Virus record (IMG/VR): IMGVR_UViG_3300020198_000002
Location: 1-64,000 of that record
Strand: one strand, 5' to 3'
DNA from: a virus
DNA length: 64,000 nt
This document shows, piece by piece, positions 38,701 to 46,740 of this stretch (position 1 is the first letter of the stretch; each line of letters starts with the position of its first letter). The notes under the pieces are model-generated. The model saw only the letters and a program-made list of their open reading frames with translations. It was not told the DNA's origin and did no database searches. The position numbers and the translations under genes are program-made.

Positions 38701-40285
38701 TCCATTTATTGACTATACCCCACATTACGGTATTGACAGGAACGTTGGAATTGAGACTGGTATATTCATTCTACCTGGCGGGGCTGGTGGTGAATATGGA
38801 AATCCAGGTATTGTTACTACAAGATATATTCCACAATATCCTGGTGGTTATTCCAATGGTGGAACTGCAGGACCAATTATACTCAGAGATAGAGCAATTT
38901 CGCGTACAAATGCTCCTATCTTTACTGAAGGTACAATTTACATTCTTGGTATTGGTACTGCAGCAAATGGCGATCTCAATGGGGTCCAAGTTGGCGCTAA
39001 ATGGAGATTTATTCCGCAACTTGTTCGTGGTGGTCCTGGACTTATTTCAATCAAAGGTATTGCAGTCACAGCACCACGTCGAGTTTATGGTTACTACGGA
39101 GATCAGAAAAACCCAGGCACTTCTGGAACCATTGTTCTATCTACAGAAAAGAGAAAAACAGAAGAAAGGAAGATTATCAAAATCACTTCTTCAGCTGGAA
39201 TTATTTCTGTTTCTGGAACTGCAACCGAGAGAAAAACAAATGCGTATCAGGGTACTGGAACCCTATTCAAACTATCAGATGCACTGGATTCCAGAACAAA
39301 ATCTTATGTTGCAAGTGGCACTGTACGAGTACAAAGTCAGTCCATATCTTCAGAATCCTTTGTCGCACAAACTCCAGAAAATACAGTCCTCTACACTATC
39401 AGCGGACAAGCGAAAAAATCCGTTCTACTCACTACAGATTTCACTGGAGTTGTGCAAGTTTCGGGAACCAGTGGGGATCCCATTATTCGCAAATCTTTTG
39501 GAGGATCTGGAAAACTATCAACCCGTTCTGGAGCTGCTTGGAACTTTACTCGAAAGTCAATATCAAACGTTGTTCTCGTCAGTATTTCTGGAATCTCAAG
39601 AACCAAGATTGTCCAAGTATTTGGATATTATGGAGATCAAAAGAATCCAGGAACTTCTGGGACTATTACGATTTCTGGACAACTCAGCCATCCACAAATC
39701 GATTATACTCCGGCGTACAAAACTTCTGGATTGTTCAGAGTTGGTGGAACCGCAAAAACAAATCCAAGTCTTCTTGTCATTGGTATCGGCCGAATTTCAA
39801 TTTCTGGGGCATCAAAACAGAAATTCTCCTATCAGGGTTCGGAAAGAACAATTCTCACCACTATTTCTGGATCTGCAAATACCAGAGAACTCAATGTATA
39901 TCAAGACTTTATTACATCTGGTCTTTACAGGATATCTGGTATTTCGGCTACAAGGGAAATACAACTTTATGGATATTATGGGGATCAAAAGAATCCAGGA
40001 ACTTCTGGTGTTATCAGAATATCTGGGACACCTCTGGTACATCCAAATGTCAGATATATTCCATCTCCAGATGGCAGCGGCACAATCTTTATCAGTGGTG
40101 TTGGAAGAAGAAGAAGGATATTCCCACTATACACTGGCGCAGGAATTCTATTTGCATTTTCATCTGGAAAAGAATCTTATTCCAGATCAACATATGTTGG
40201 TATTGGAAATGTTATCCTATCTTCCTCTGGCATTACAGAAATATTGCAATTCGAAGAAGGCAGAACTTACGTTGTTATCATATAA
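35705..40285 (+). CDS. large repetitive Gly/Ser/Thr-rich virion protein (1526 aa)
   Basis: ORF track; repeats (E)DYG.I, GSG.I..SG, QTPENT, SQAPQHRVFG x2, GYYGDQKNPGTSG x3. Confidence 0.8.
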   Translation: MPNVYVYDETRVDYFVTDDLGNVPQPVTEFIDYGNVSAQADPPEIDSLQFNINDYGFVSRIGDVYPYGKINITGNISTERAYVPVTTGLGIVSGAAKQRFIKSTWIGSGTLFEIGGGLERLVIPDLGAAGPSPRITGGSRERTTNRYNGTTATFKVVATSAVTKEFNVYPVVSTITISVTGGTSQEYPYEYIQTIVQEQLVGKAREKIAYQYALTEILPFEEDDWGELSDVNGSAFDETTTTFDSTLTQNVAFSDQVIVEKEYWGVITQNPSQTEDYGNIESAFLNKFGKIRTVKYTKAKYCKSFDYSGSGSISVSTGVPPTDTDRARKFAGSGNIVINGQLGLSQAPQHRVFGLGDKIVLSGGSNQRFIPKPIRGSGLVKILGSARHRKTSNPPERKAEILIYGYVDNVKTIFQPQRKTVRINVSGQATRVKLFKAFKGSDTIRVLGALSTLDIRFGPHWRSPLERDGYIEPIDYGFITQSTTEPNEDWGLVSEIPLVINGGGSLDFGYIIPIFTRINIVGIAAQAFARDAYKGLGLINLSGIKAEKSAYIFKSNGLSGIATHPAGFFFSGANWFSQAPQHRVFGIGDYVKVLGTGNESITPTTEIGSGNISISGGLSNLKFVSSAGEQTILTTISGSSKERFIPNFNGSGKLTLSQGREAGQTYLRIITVDPKRSAVLFSVYNSLSIFEKNTESYNNSSISKSGGGSADYGSILNIPSYGFDLSQQGSGNGALTQTFDNETNTYDQDIVTGRRYSDDLISSGLLPTFDKTSSYEVNFGSRNVSEDYGYVYPNTVGGPAYDQYLYPYNTGFSDQDGIDKGYEDLGFLNENPNEQAKAPFGTIRLQQPSFANISRVIPKYPGKVTLFVSGFASQKFVPNWNGSGTLSVLTGAAEAYSAQTPENTPLVVISGSRISERATFAIEGSGNITVSGQIVERATFSEVGSGSINISGDSLNSVRADPIENTVLFTLYGEYEKLKFAVNPPVIKATLRLAGELKHPFIDYTPHYGIDRNVGIETGIFILPGGAGGEYGNPGIVTTRYIPQYPGGYSNGGTAGPIILRDRAISRTNAPIFTEGTIYILGIGTAANGDLNGVQVGAKWRFIPQLVRGGPGLISIKGIAVTAPRRVYGYYGDQKNPGTSGTIVLSTEKRKTEERKIIKITSSAGIISVSGTATERKTNAYQGTGTLFKLSDALDSRTKSYVASGTVRVQSQSISSESFVAQTPENTVLYTISGQAKKSVLLTTDFTGVVQVSGTSGDPIIRKSFGGSGKLSTRSGAAWNFTRKSISNVVLVSISGISRTKIVQVFGYYGDQKNPGTSGTITISGQLSHPQIDYTPAYKTSGLFRVGGTAKTNPSLLVIGIGRISISGASKQKFSYQGSERTILTTISGSANTRELNVYQDFITSGLYRISGISATREIQLYGYYGDQKNPGTSGVIRISGTPLVHPNVRYIPSPDGSGTIFISGVGRRRRIFPLYTGAGILFAFSSGKESYSRSTYVGIGNVILSSSGITEILQFEEGRTYVVII
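39001..40282 (+). other. segment with no stop triplet in any of the three + frames
   Basis: Read line by line: no TAA/TAG/TGA from 39001 to 40282; track ORFs 38682..40298 (+1 frame) and 39001..40329 (-1 frame) overlap the main gene. Confidence 0.9.
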
Positions 40286-40289
40286 AAAG

Positions 40290-40297
40290 TATAAATA
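40290..40297 (+). promoter_or_regulatory. T4-type late promoter
   Basis: Exact TATAAATA upstream of ATG 40333. Confidence 0.8.
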
Positions 40298-40332
40298 AAT
40301 CAGAAGCAAAATCGGTTCATGATTTTTGACTC

Positions 40333-40791
40333 ATGACAAAACAAGTACAGTTTAGAAAGGGCACAACTGCGGAGCATTTTAACTTCACAGGCGCCCTTGC
40401 TGAAATTACAGTTGATACTGATAAAAAGACAGCCATTGTACACGATGGAGTAACTCCTGGTGGTTTTGAACTTACGAAATCTAGATGGACATTAGCAACT
40501 GGAAATGCATATTTGGGGACAAATCAAAAGTATACTGTTGATTCCCAAAACAGTCCTGGTGGATTTACTTTAACAATGCCAGAACCAAGATCTGTTGGAG
40601 ACTGGGTTTGGATTGAAGATTTCGCAAATTTTTGGAGTCAAAATCCAGTAAATATTGTGTCCGCCTATGATTTTGAAAACGGACATTTGGTTAGAGAATC
40701 ATCTCCACTTATTCTTGATGTATCTGGTGCTTCAATTTCTTTAATTTGGAATGGAACCTTATGGAAAATCTTCAACAATAGAGGAAGTTAA
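40333..40791 (+). CDS. small fibre-associated protein with Mtd-like N-terminal domain
   Basis: QVQFRKGTTAEH..FTGA.AEITVDTDK....VHDG.TPGG; C-terminal Y.VDS.....T.T.P....GD...I.D domain. Confidence 0.75.
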   Translation: MTKQVQFRKGTTAEHFNFTGALAEITVDTDKKTAIVHDGVTPGGFELTKSRWTLATGNAYLGTNQKYTVDSQNSPGGFTLTMPEPRSVGDWVWIEDFANFWSQNPVNIVSAYDFENGHLVRESSPLILDVSGASISLIWNGTLWKIFNNRGS

Positions 40792-40793
40792 CT

Positions 40794-41198
40794 ATGGCAT
40801 TAACATTAAGTAATAGTATCTCTGGTGAGTTTATTCCATCAGAATCTTCTGGATTTTATGTTTATGCTTTAAGAAGAGATGCAGAATCAATGCTGTATCT
40901 ATCAAAAGTTAGCGCTGCCTCTACTGAAACTGGAGAATTTTATAGGGCAAATGGTACTGCAATTCCTGAATTTGGTGATGGTATTGATTATGGTTGTTAT
41001 GATGTAGGTGTAGGAAAAACTTCAGAAATTAGAAATGATATTGCAAGTAATAAAAAATTTCTAGATGATCCAAATGATAAATATCAACAGATCCGTTTCG
41101 ATAGAAGAAACTTATACTACTACATAGATAATGATGGTTTCTTCGTCATCCGATTCAATGGACCAGATTATGATTACCTCTCTATCGGACCCAAATAA
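40794..41198 (+). CDS. hypothetical virion-associated protein (134 aa)
   Basis: ORF track; YALRRD....LY, KYQQ.RFD.R.L.YYID.DG.FV.R motif. Confidence 0.75.
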   Translation: MALTLSNSISGEFIPSESSGFYVYALRRDAESMLYLSKVSAASTETGEFYRANGTAIPEFGDGIDYGCYDVGVGKTSEIRNDIASNKKFLDDPNDKYQQIRFDRRNLYYYIDNDGFFVIRFNGPDYDYLSIGPK

Positions 41199-41216
41199 TA
41201 ATTAACAGGAGAAAAA

Positions 41217-44200
41217 ATGGCTGAGTTTAGACTTGGAAGAGTAAAATTCAACTGGACTGGCAATTGGCAGCCATCCAAATCCTACTTGATTGATGACATC
41301 ATCAAGTTCGGTGGGAATAGTTACGTGGCGGTCGTTAATCACACTTCCGTAGCCAGTACAGCAGATTTTTATGTAACTGATTTTGCTAAATGGAATGTCC
41401 ATTTAGAGGGTATTTCTAATACTGGAGAGTGGGCACCCAATTATTTGTATAAGGAAAACGAGGTTTTCAAATTTGGTAACGTTCAATATAGAGTTGTTGT
41501 CTCTCACCTTTCACATGGATCTTTTCCAGATCTAAGTAAAGTAGTTGAATACGTAGCTGGATTTAAAGCTGAAGGTGAGTGGAACAATAATACTCAATAT
41601 CAAACTGGAGATGTTGTCAACTATCAAGGATCTTCTTACGTTGCTTTAACAACATCCCTCGCTGGATTTTTGCCGCCAATTAACGTTGCAATTGGAACCG
41701 ATGTCGCCGGCAAATCTTGGCAAATTCTTGCCGATGGTCTTGCAGGTGCCGCAATCACCTTTACTCCTGGTACTTACTATAGAGGTCAATTAGTACAGTA
41801 TGGTGGACATATTTTTAGACATAAACTAGGTGTTACTACAAGCGTTTATCCTTTAGGGTCTGGTGATCCCGTAACTGGAACTGGTATTGGGAATTCTGCT
41901 TGGGAGCTCTTAGTACAAGGATTCAAATTTGTAGGTAATTTCTCGACAACATTTAATTACAATGTTGGGCATGTTGCAAGATTTGGTTCAAATTCATATG
42001 TTGCAGTAGGTAATTCATTCATAAATATTGACCCTTTAGCTGGTCTTGGTACATATTGGGAGACTCTTGCTGCTGGAGACAGTTCTGCAGCTCTTACTAC
42101 CAAGGGTGATATTTTAACTTACAATGGCGGTCCATTTAGAATCGGGATTGGTTCTACTGGATATGCACTTGCAGTAAATCCTGATGGGCTTCCTGGTTAT
42201 CAAATTGTGGGTGCTCAAACTCGTGTTTACTACGTAGACTCTGAGTCTGGTGATGATGGCTCCAATGGTCTTGCACCTAACCTAGCGTTCAAAACAATTA
42301 AGCAAGCTTGTCAGGCTGCACGTCCTGATAGAAGTATCACTAATTTTGAATATACTGCATCAACTGGACTTTCAACAATTACCGCTCCTGGTCACGGATT
42401 GGCAAACGTTGGAACATTCGTTCAGTTAGCTGAAATTGAATTTGAGTGTACCTCTGGTGGTAACACTTATGGAGTTCTTGGATTCAATTACACTCCAACA
42501 ACTGGTATTGCTACAGTAACTGCTATTAATATTGGTCTTGCTCCAGAAACTGGTATTGGAAATCTATTAAGAGTGAGAGATGTTCAAGTTTCATATAACA
42601 CGGGTGCAGGAAGTACTACGGCATTATTTGCAAATGCATTTGGTGGATCAAACTTCCCAATCACTGCAATTCCAAGCAACAACTCGGTAGCATTGAACGT
42701 TGGTATTAGAACATTCTCACTCAACTATATTGGTGGAGGTACTATCTTTGCTGGTATCACTACAACCATCTTCCCAGATGTTGCTTCCAAGTCTTATTTT
42801 GAAGTTCTTCAAGTTCTTGATACGAATAGAATTGTTGTTAACGTAGGTCCTTCTACTATTGCACACACCTACGTAGGCGGAGGACATATAACTGACCTAA
42901 CTCCTGCTGTTCTAAGACTTTCTGCCTCTCAGTTCTATGAGCAACTACCAATCATTGTTCCTCCATTCACTTCTATTGTTGGACATACACTTAGAGGTAC
43001 TACTGTCTTACCTAAGACTGGATTCTCCGATGACAATTCAACTCCAAATAATAGAGCTACAATGTTCCAGTTGAGTGATGCAACTACAATTCAAGCGTTG
43101 GCATTCAAAGGATTAGAAGGATTCCATTACGACTCTGCAGCTCCTTTTGAAATTAATAATACAAACGTTAGAACTGGTGTTGGTACAACCGCTTGTGGTA
43201 AGTTCTTTGCACTTAATCCAAATTCTCCAGTTAACAATAAGTCGCCTTATGTTAAGGATTGCACATGTTTCTCCGATCCTGCCAGTGCAGATGGCAGATT
43301 TGGCGGCGGTGGAGTAGGGGTATTCCTTGATGGTGGAGTCCATGAAGAGGGTGCGAGATCAATGGTATTTGACTCGTTTACCATGGTCAACTCTGATGGT
43401 GCTGGATATATTCTTGATAAAAACGCAATTGCAGAAATCGTTTCCTGCTTTACTTATTATTGCAAGTGGGGATATTATTCTGGTGGTGGATCCAGAATTC
43501 GTGCAGTTGGTGGTAATAACTCTTATGGTGATTATGGCGTCATTGCTTCTGGATTCTCTACCTCTGAACCAGTAAGATCCGCAAGACTCTTTGGTGATCT
43601 GATGAAGATGCAACCAGCAACAATTTTGGGTACAGTCGCTGTCGGGCAGACAATGGTTGGTGAAACATCTGGTGCTCACGGTTGGCTCATAAACGATCAA
43701 AGAGCTGCAGATAAATTCCACTTCAAGTATTATCCTGGTTACGGTGCAACTGCAACTACAGCAAACGGTAACATTGCGATTGGTACTTCACCATTTATTG
43801 ATGGAGAACTCGTCAATACATATAGCCCCACTAGTGGTGCAGGTGTAGCTGGTTCTTTCTATGTTGGTGCTGCTTCCAGTTCTATAAGTGGACAGAAGGG
43901 AACTATCGTCGAAGTTGATGCTGTTAGTGGTACGCTTCTTGTTGGAGACTCGGTTGGTTTCAAAACTACTTTTGGTCAAGAATCACTATTCTACATCATT
44001 AACACAATTACTAATGTTTCTGCTGCTCAGACTTTCATCGATGGTATGACTGGTATTGCATATACTTACTACAATAGAGCAACTTTGACAATTTCTCCTG
44101 ATAAGTCAAGAGCCACTCCAGATACTAGAAATATCCACCCACTTGGTAACTTCTCTACTTCCGTATCGGCTGGTTCTTCAATTGATGTAAGAACCAAGTT

Positions 44201-45035
44201 CTCACAAGTTCGTCTAACTGGTCACGACTTCCTCTATGTCGGTACTGGTAATAAGACCGAAACCAACTATCCATTTGTTGATGAAACAGCCCTTCAACAG
44301 GGCAATGAAACAAGAACATTTGGTCCTGGTAAGGTATTCTTCGTATCTACTGACCAAGGAGGCAACTTCCGTGTTGGTCAATTCTTCTCGGTTAATCAGT
44401 TAACTGGTCGTGCAACTTTGGATGCATCCGCATTCAACCTATCTGGTCTAACAGAACTTAGACTTGGTGCGATTGGTGGTCAGGTTGGAGAATCGATTAA
44501 TGAATTCTCTTCTGATGAACAAATGGGGGGCAACTCAAATAGTGCTTGCCCAACCGAATTTGCAGTTCGTGGTTTCTTACTTAGAGACAAAATGGGTACA
44601 GGCGCAATGGTTCCACCTAGAGGAACAACTGCACAGAGACCTTCAGGCCTAGATGCAAGTTTTGTTGCAGGTGCTCTTAGATTCAATCTAACCAACTCAT
44701 CACTAGAATTTTATGATGGATCAAAATGGGTTCAGCCTGGTAAACTGACTTATAACACAATTAACTCCGCAACCACCCTGGTGGCGCAGAATGTGTACTT
44801 TGTAAATACTGTATCGGGTGCTATCACAGTCACTCTCCCCGCTAACCCAGTTATCGGGGATACGGTTAGAATCTATGACCTTGCTAAAACCTTTGATAAT
44901 AATGCATTAACCGTCAACAGAAACGGCAAATTGATTCAAGGTGATGCACAAGATTTGACAGTTAACATCGAGGGTTCTGCTTTTGATCTAACCTTCTCTA
45001 ATGATACTTGGGGATGGAGAATCTTCTCAATCTAA
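41217..45035 (+). CDS. tail fibre/spike protein (1272 aa) with carbohydrate-binding-like repeats and beta-helix
   Basis: MAEFRLGR.KF.W.G.W; W.....Y..GD.V...G.SY repeats (CBM5/12-like); YYVDS..G.D...G......FKTI..A; SPYV..CT; C-terminal TVTLPA.P..GD.V domain; SD AGGAG. Confidence 0.8.
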   Translation: MAEFRLGRVKFNWTGNWQPSKSYLIDDIIKFGGNSYVAVVNHTSVASTADFYVTDFAKWNVHLEGISNTGEWAPNYLYKENEVFKFGNVQYRVVVSHLSHGSFPDLSKVVEYVAGFKAEGEWNNNTQYQTGDVVNYQGSSYVALTTSLAGFLPPINVAIGTDVAGKSWQILADGLAGAAITFTPGTYYRGQLVQYGGHIFRHKLGVTTSVYPLGSGDPVTGTGIGNSAWELLVQGFKFVGNFSTTFNYNVGHVARFGSNSYVAVGNSFINIDPLAGLGTYWETLAAGDSSAALTTKGDILTYNGGPFRIGIGSTGYALAVNPDGLPGYQIVGAQTRVYYVDSESGDDGSNGLAPNLAFKTIKQACQAARPDRSITNFEYTASTGLSTITAPGHGLANVGTFVQLAEIEFECTSGGNTYGVLGFNYTPTTGIATVTAINIGLAPETGIGNLLRVRDVQVSYNTGAGSTTALFANAFGGSNFPITAIPSNNSVALNVGIRTFSLNYIGGGTIFAGITTTIFPDVASKSYFEVLQVLDTNRIVVNVGPSTIAHTYVGGGHITDLTPAVLRLSASQFYEQLPIIVPPFTSIVGHTLRGTTVLPKTGFSDDNSTPNNRATMFQLSDATTIQALAFKGLEGFHYDSAAPFEINNTNVRTGVGTTACGKFFALNPNSPVNNKSPYVKDCTCFSDPASADGRFGGGGVGVFLDGGVHEEGARSMVFDSFTMVNSDGAGYILDKNAIAEIVSCFTYYCKWGYYSGGGSRIRAVGGNNSYGDYGVIASGFSTSEPVRSARLFGDLMKMQPATILGTVAVGQTMVGETSGAHGWLINDQRAADKFHFKYYPGYGATATTANGNIAIGTSPFIDGELVNTYSPTSGAGVAGSFYVGAASSSISGQKGTIVEVDAVSGTLLVGDSVGFKTTFGQESLFYIINTITNVSAAQTFIDGMTGIAYTYYNRATLTISPDKSRATPDTRNIHPLGNFSTSVSAGSSIDVRTKFSQVRLTGHDFLYVGTGNKTETNYPFVDETALQQGNETRTFGPGKVFFVSTDQGGNFRVGQFFSVNQLTGRATLDASAFNLSGLTELRLGAIGGQVGESINEFSSDEQMGGNSNSACPTEFAVRGFLLRDKMGTGAMVPPRGTTAQRPSGLDASFVAGALRFNLTNSSLEFYDGSKWVQPGKLTYNTINSATTLVAQNVYFVNTVSGAITVTLPANPVIGDTVRIYDLAKTFDNNALTVNRNGKLIQGDAQDLTVNIEGSAFDLTFSNDTWGWRIFSI

Positions 45036-45043
45036 TAATATGG

Positions 45044-45066
45044 TGGGGAGGCAACTCCCCGTTTTA
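45044..45066 (+). terminator. intrinsic terminator
   Basis: GGGGAG-GCAA-CTCCCC GNRA hairpin then GTTTT. Confidence 0.75.
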
Positions 45067-45107
45067 TTACTTAATTTTGCAACCAAAAAACAATGGGATT
45101 GTAATCA

Positions 45108-45890
45108 ATGGCAACATATGGAAGTTATAAAAGAATCACTACTGATCGAGTAACACCTGCAAGTCTACCAGATAATGCATTTGCTACTGGTGTCGGATTC
45201 AAGTATGGCATTGCATGGATTAGAGGTCCTATAGGTGGCACTACTTCTGGGTGTTGCTGCCTTTGGACAGTACCGGCGGGTGTTCATAAATTAACTTTTG
45301 AACTTTGGGGAGCCGGTGGTAATAGTCACGGATTTTGTTCCTGGAACCGCTGCCATCACTATTTTGGTGCTGGGTCTGGCACTTACGCAACAAAAACAAT
45401 TGCAACCGCGCCAGGGTGCCAGTACACTGTTTGTGCAGGCGGAACATTTCCTTGTTGTTCTTTTGAATGTGTTGGCTGTTGTGGTTGTGTTACGTATGTT
45501 AATGGATATAACTTGAGCAACTTCTGTTCTGTCGGAGGCAATCCAGGATGTGCTAATACAGACTGGAACACAATGTGTTATTCAGATTGGGACTGTTGTG
45601 TAGGCAGAACCATGAATAGTTCAGATTTTGCTATGGGAAATATGAGACCTGCAGGTACTGGACCGTTTAACTGCCATTGTTATAGACATACTTGGTGTGC
45701 TGCTAATGCTCCATTCCTCGCTGGATCAACCACCGGCGGTGAACTTGCTGAATGCTGGGTGCGACATGCGTGTTGGACTTCGGTCTATGCCCAGGGTGGC
45801 GGCGGCGGAATGACCACTTATTGTGGAAACTGGGATAATGGTTATGGGGGAATCGGCGGCAGCGGCGTAGTTAAAATTACATACGTGTAA
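45108..45890 (+). CDS. Cys/Gly-rich adhesin-like protein 1 (260 aa)
   Basis: GCCCLWTVPAGV...FELWGAGG, YTVCAGG, GGSGVVKITY: glycine-rich fibre-tip domain. Confidence 0.75.
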   Translation: MATYGSYKRITTDRVTPASLPDNAFATGVGFKYGIAWIRGPIGGTTSGCCCLWTVPAGVHKLTFELWGAGGNSHGFCSWNRCHHYFGAGSGTYATKTIATAPGCQYTVCAGGTFPCCSFECVGCCGCVTYVNGYNLSNFCSVGGNPGCANTDWNTMCYSDWDCCVGRTMNSSDFAMGNMRPAGTGPFNCHCYRHTWCAANAPFLAGSTTGGELAECWVRHACWTSVYAQGGGGGMTTYCGNWDNGYGGIGGSGVVKITYV

Positions 45891-45916
45891 ATATTAAGAG
45901 AGGAACCAAGTAAAAA

Positions 45917-46714
45917 ATGGCAAACTATTCATCTTACAAAAAAGTCTCTAGCGATATGGTTCCAGATGCATTCGTAACGGATGCTATGCTTGCTCCTGGA
46001 ACTAGAAAAAACTACGGTGTTCAGTGGTTCCGTGGATCACCAAACTCTGTGAGCAGTGGTTGTTGCTGTTTATGGACAGTGCCAGCTGGCGTTTCTAAAA
46101 TGCATATTGAGGCTTGGGGTAGTGGTGGTAATGGTCATGGATCTTGTTCCTGGGACCGCTGCCATCACTTTAAAAGTGCCGGCGGCGGGCAATACAATTC
46201 AAAATATATATTAACTGTACCTGGGTGTCAGTATACTATTTGCGCTGGTGGTGTATTTCCTTGTTGTTCTTTTGACTGCACTGGATGTGAGGGATGTTCA
46301 TCTTATGTGAATGGATATAATTTAAGTAACTTCTGTGCAGTTGGTGGAACCAGAGGATGTGCAAATACTTCTTGGGCAGAAACTTGTTACTCCGCGTTTG
46401 AGTGTTGTTTAGCACCTGGTAATAATGGTGGAGATTTTGGTTTTATTTCTCACGGTGGCCGTTTTGGTTCGGTAGAGTGGTGGTTTGGTGTTGGATTCTG
46501 TCACTGTCACAAACAAACTACAAGATCATCAACGGCTCCTCTAATTGGAGCTAACGTAGAAATATCAATTAATTACTGTTGGATTCGTCATGGTTGTTGG
46601 ACTGTTCCATATGGCACTGGCGGCCAAGGATCACAGACGAGTTATTGTGGAGACTGGAATAATGGTTATGGAAATACTGGTGGTCCAGGATTAGTTAAAA
46701 TTACGTATTTCTAA
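45917..46714 (+). CDS. Cys/Gly-rich adhesin-like protein 2 (265 aa)
   Basis: Paralogue of 45108 with the same Cys pattern. Confidence 0.75.
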   Translation: MANYSSYKKVSSDMVPDAFVTDAMLAPGTRKNYGVQWFRGSPNSVSSGCCCLWTVPAGVSKMHIEAWGSGGNGHGSCSWDRCHHFKSAGGGQYNSKYILTVPGCQYTICAGGVFPCCSFDCTGCEGCSSYVNGYNLSNFCAVGGTRGCANTSWAETCYSAFECCLAPGNNGGDFGFISHGGRFGSVEWWFGVGFCHCHKQTTRSSTAPLIGANVEISINYCWIRHGCWTVPYGTGGQGSQTSYCGDWNNGYGNTGGPGLVKITYF

Positions 46715-46740
46715 TAAATAATATAAACAGGATCTAAAAA

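Noticed and set aside
38682-40329. Annotating the 538-aa and 442-aa overlapping ORFs as ordinary independent genes
   Set aside because: Their compositions (Leu/Gln/Glu-rich; Trp/Cys/Tyr/Phe-rich) are what shifted frames of a Gly/Ser/Thr/Ile protein give, with no recognisable motifs or SD. They are reported as a frame-openness phenomenon instead.
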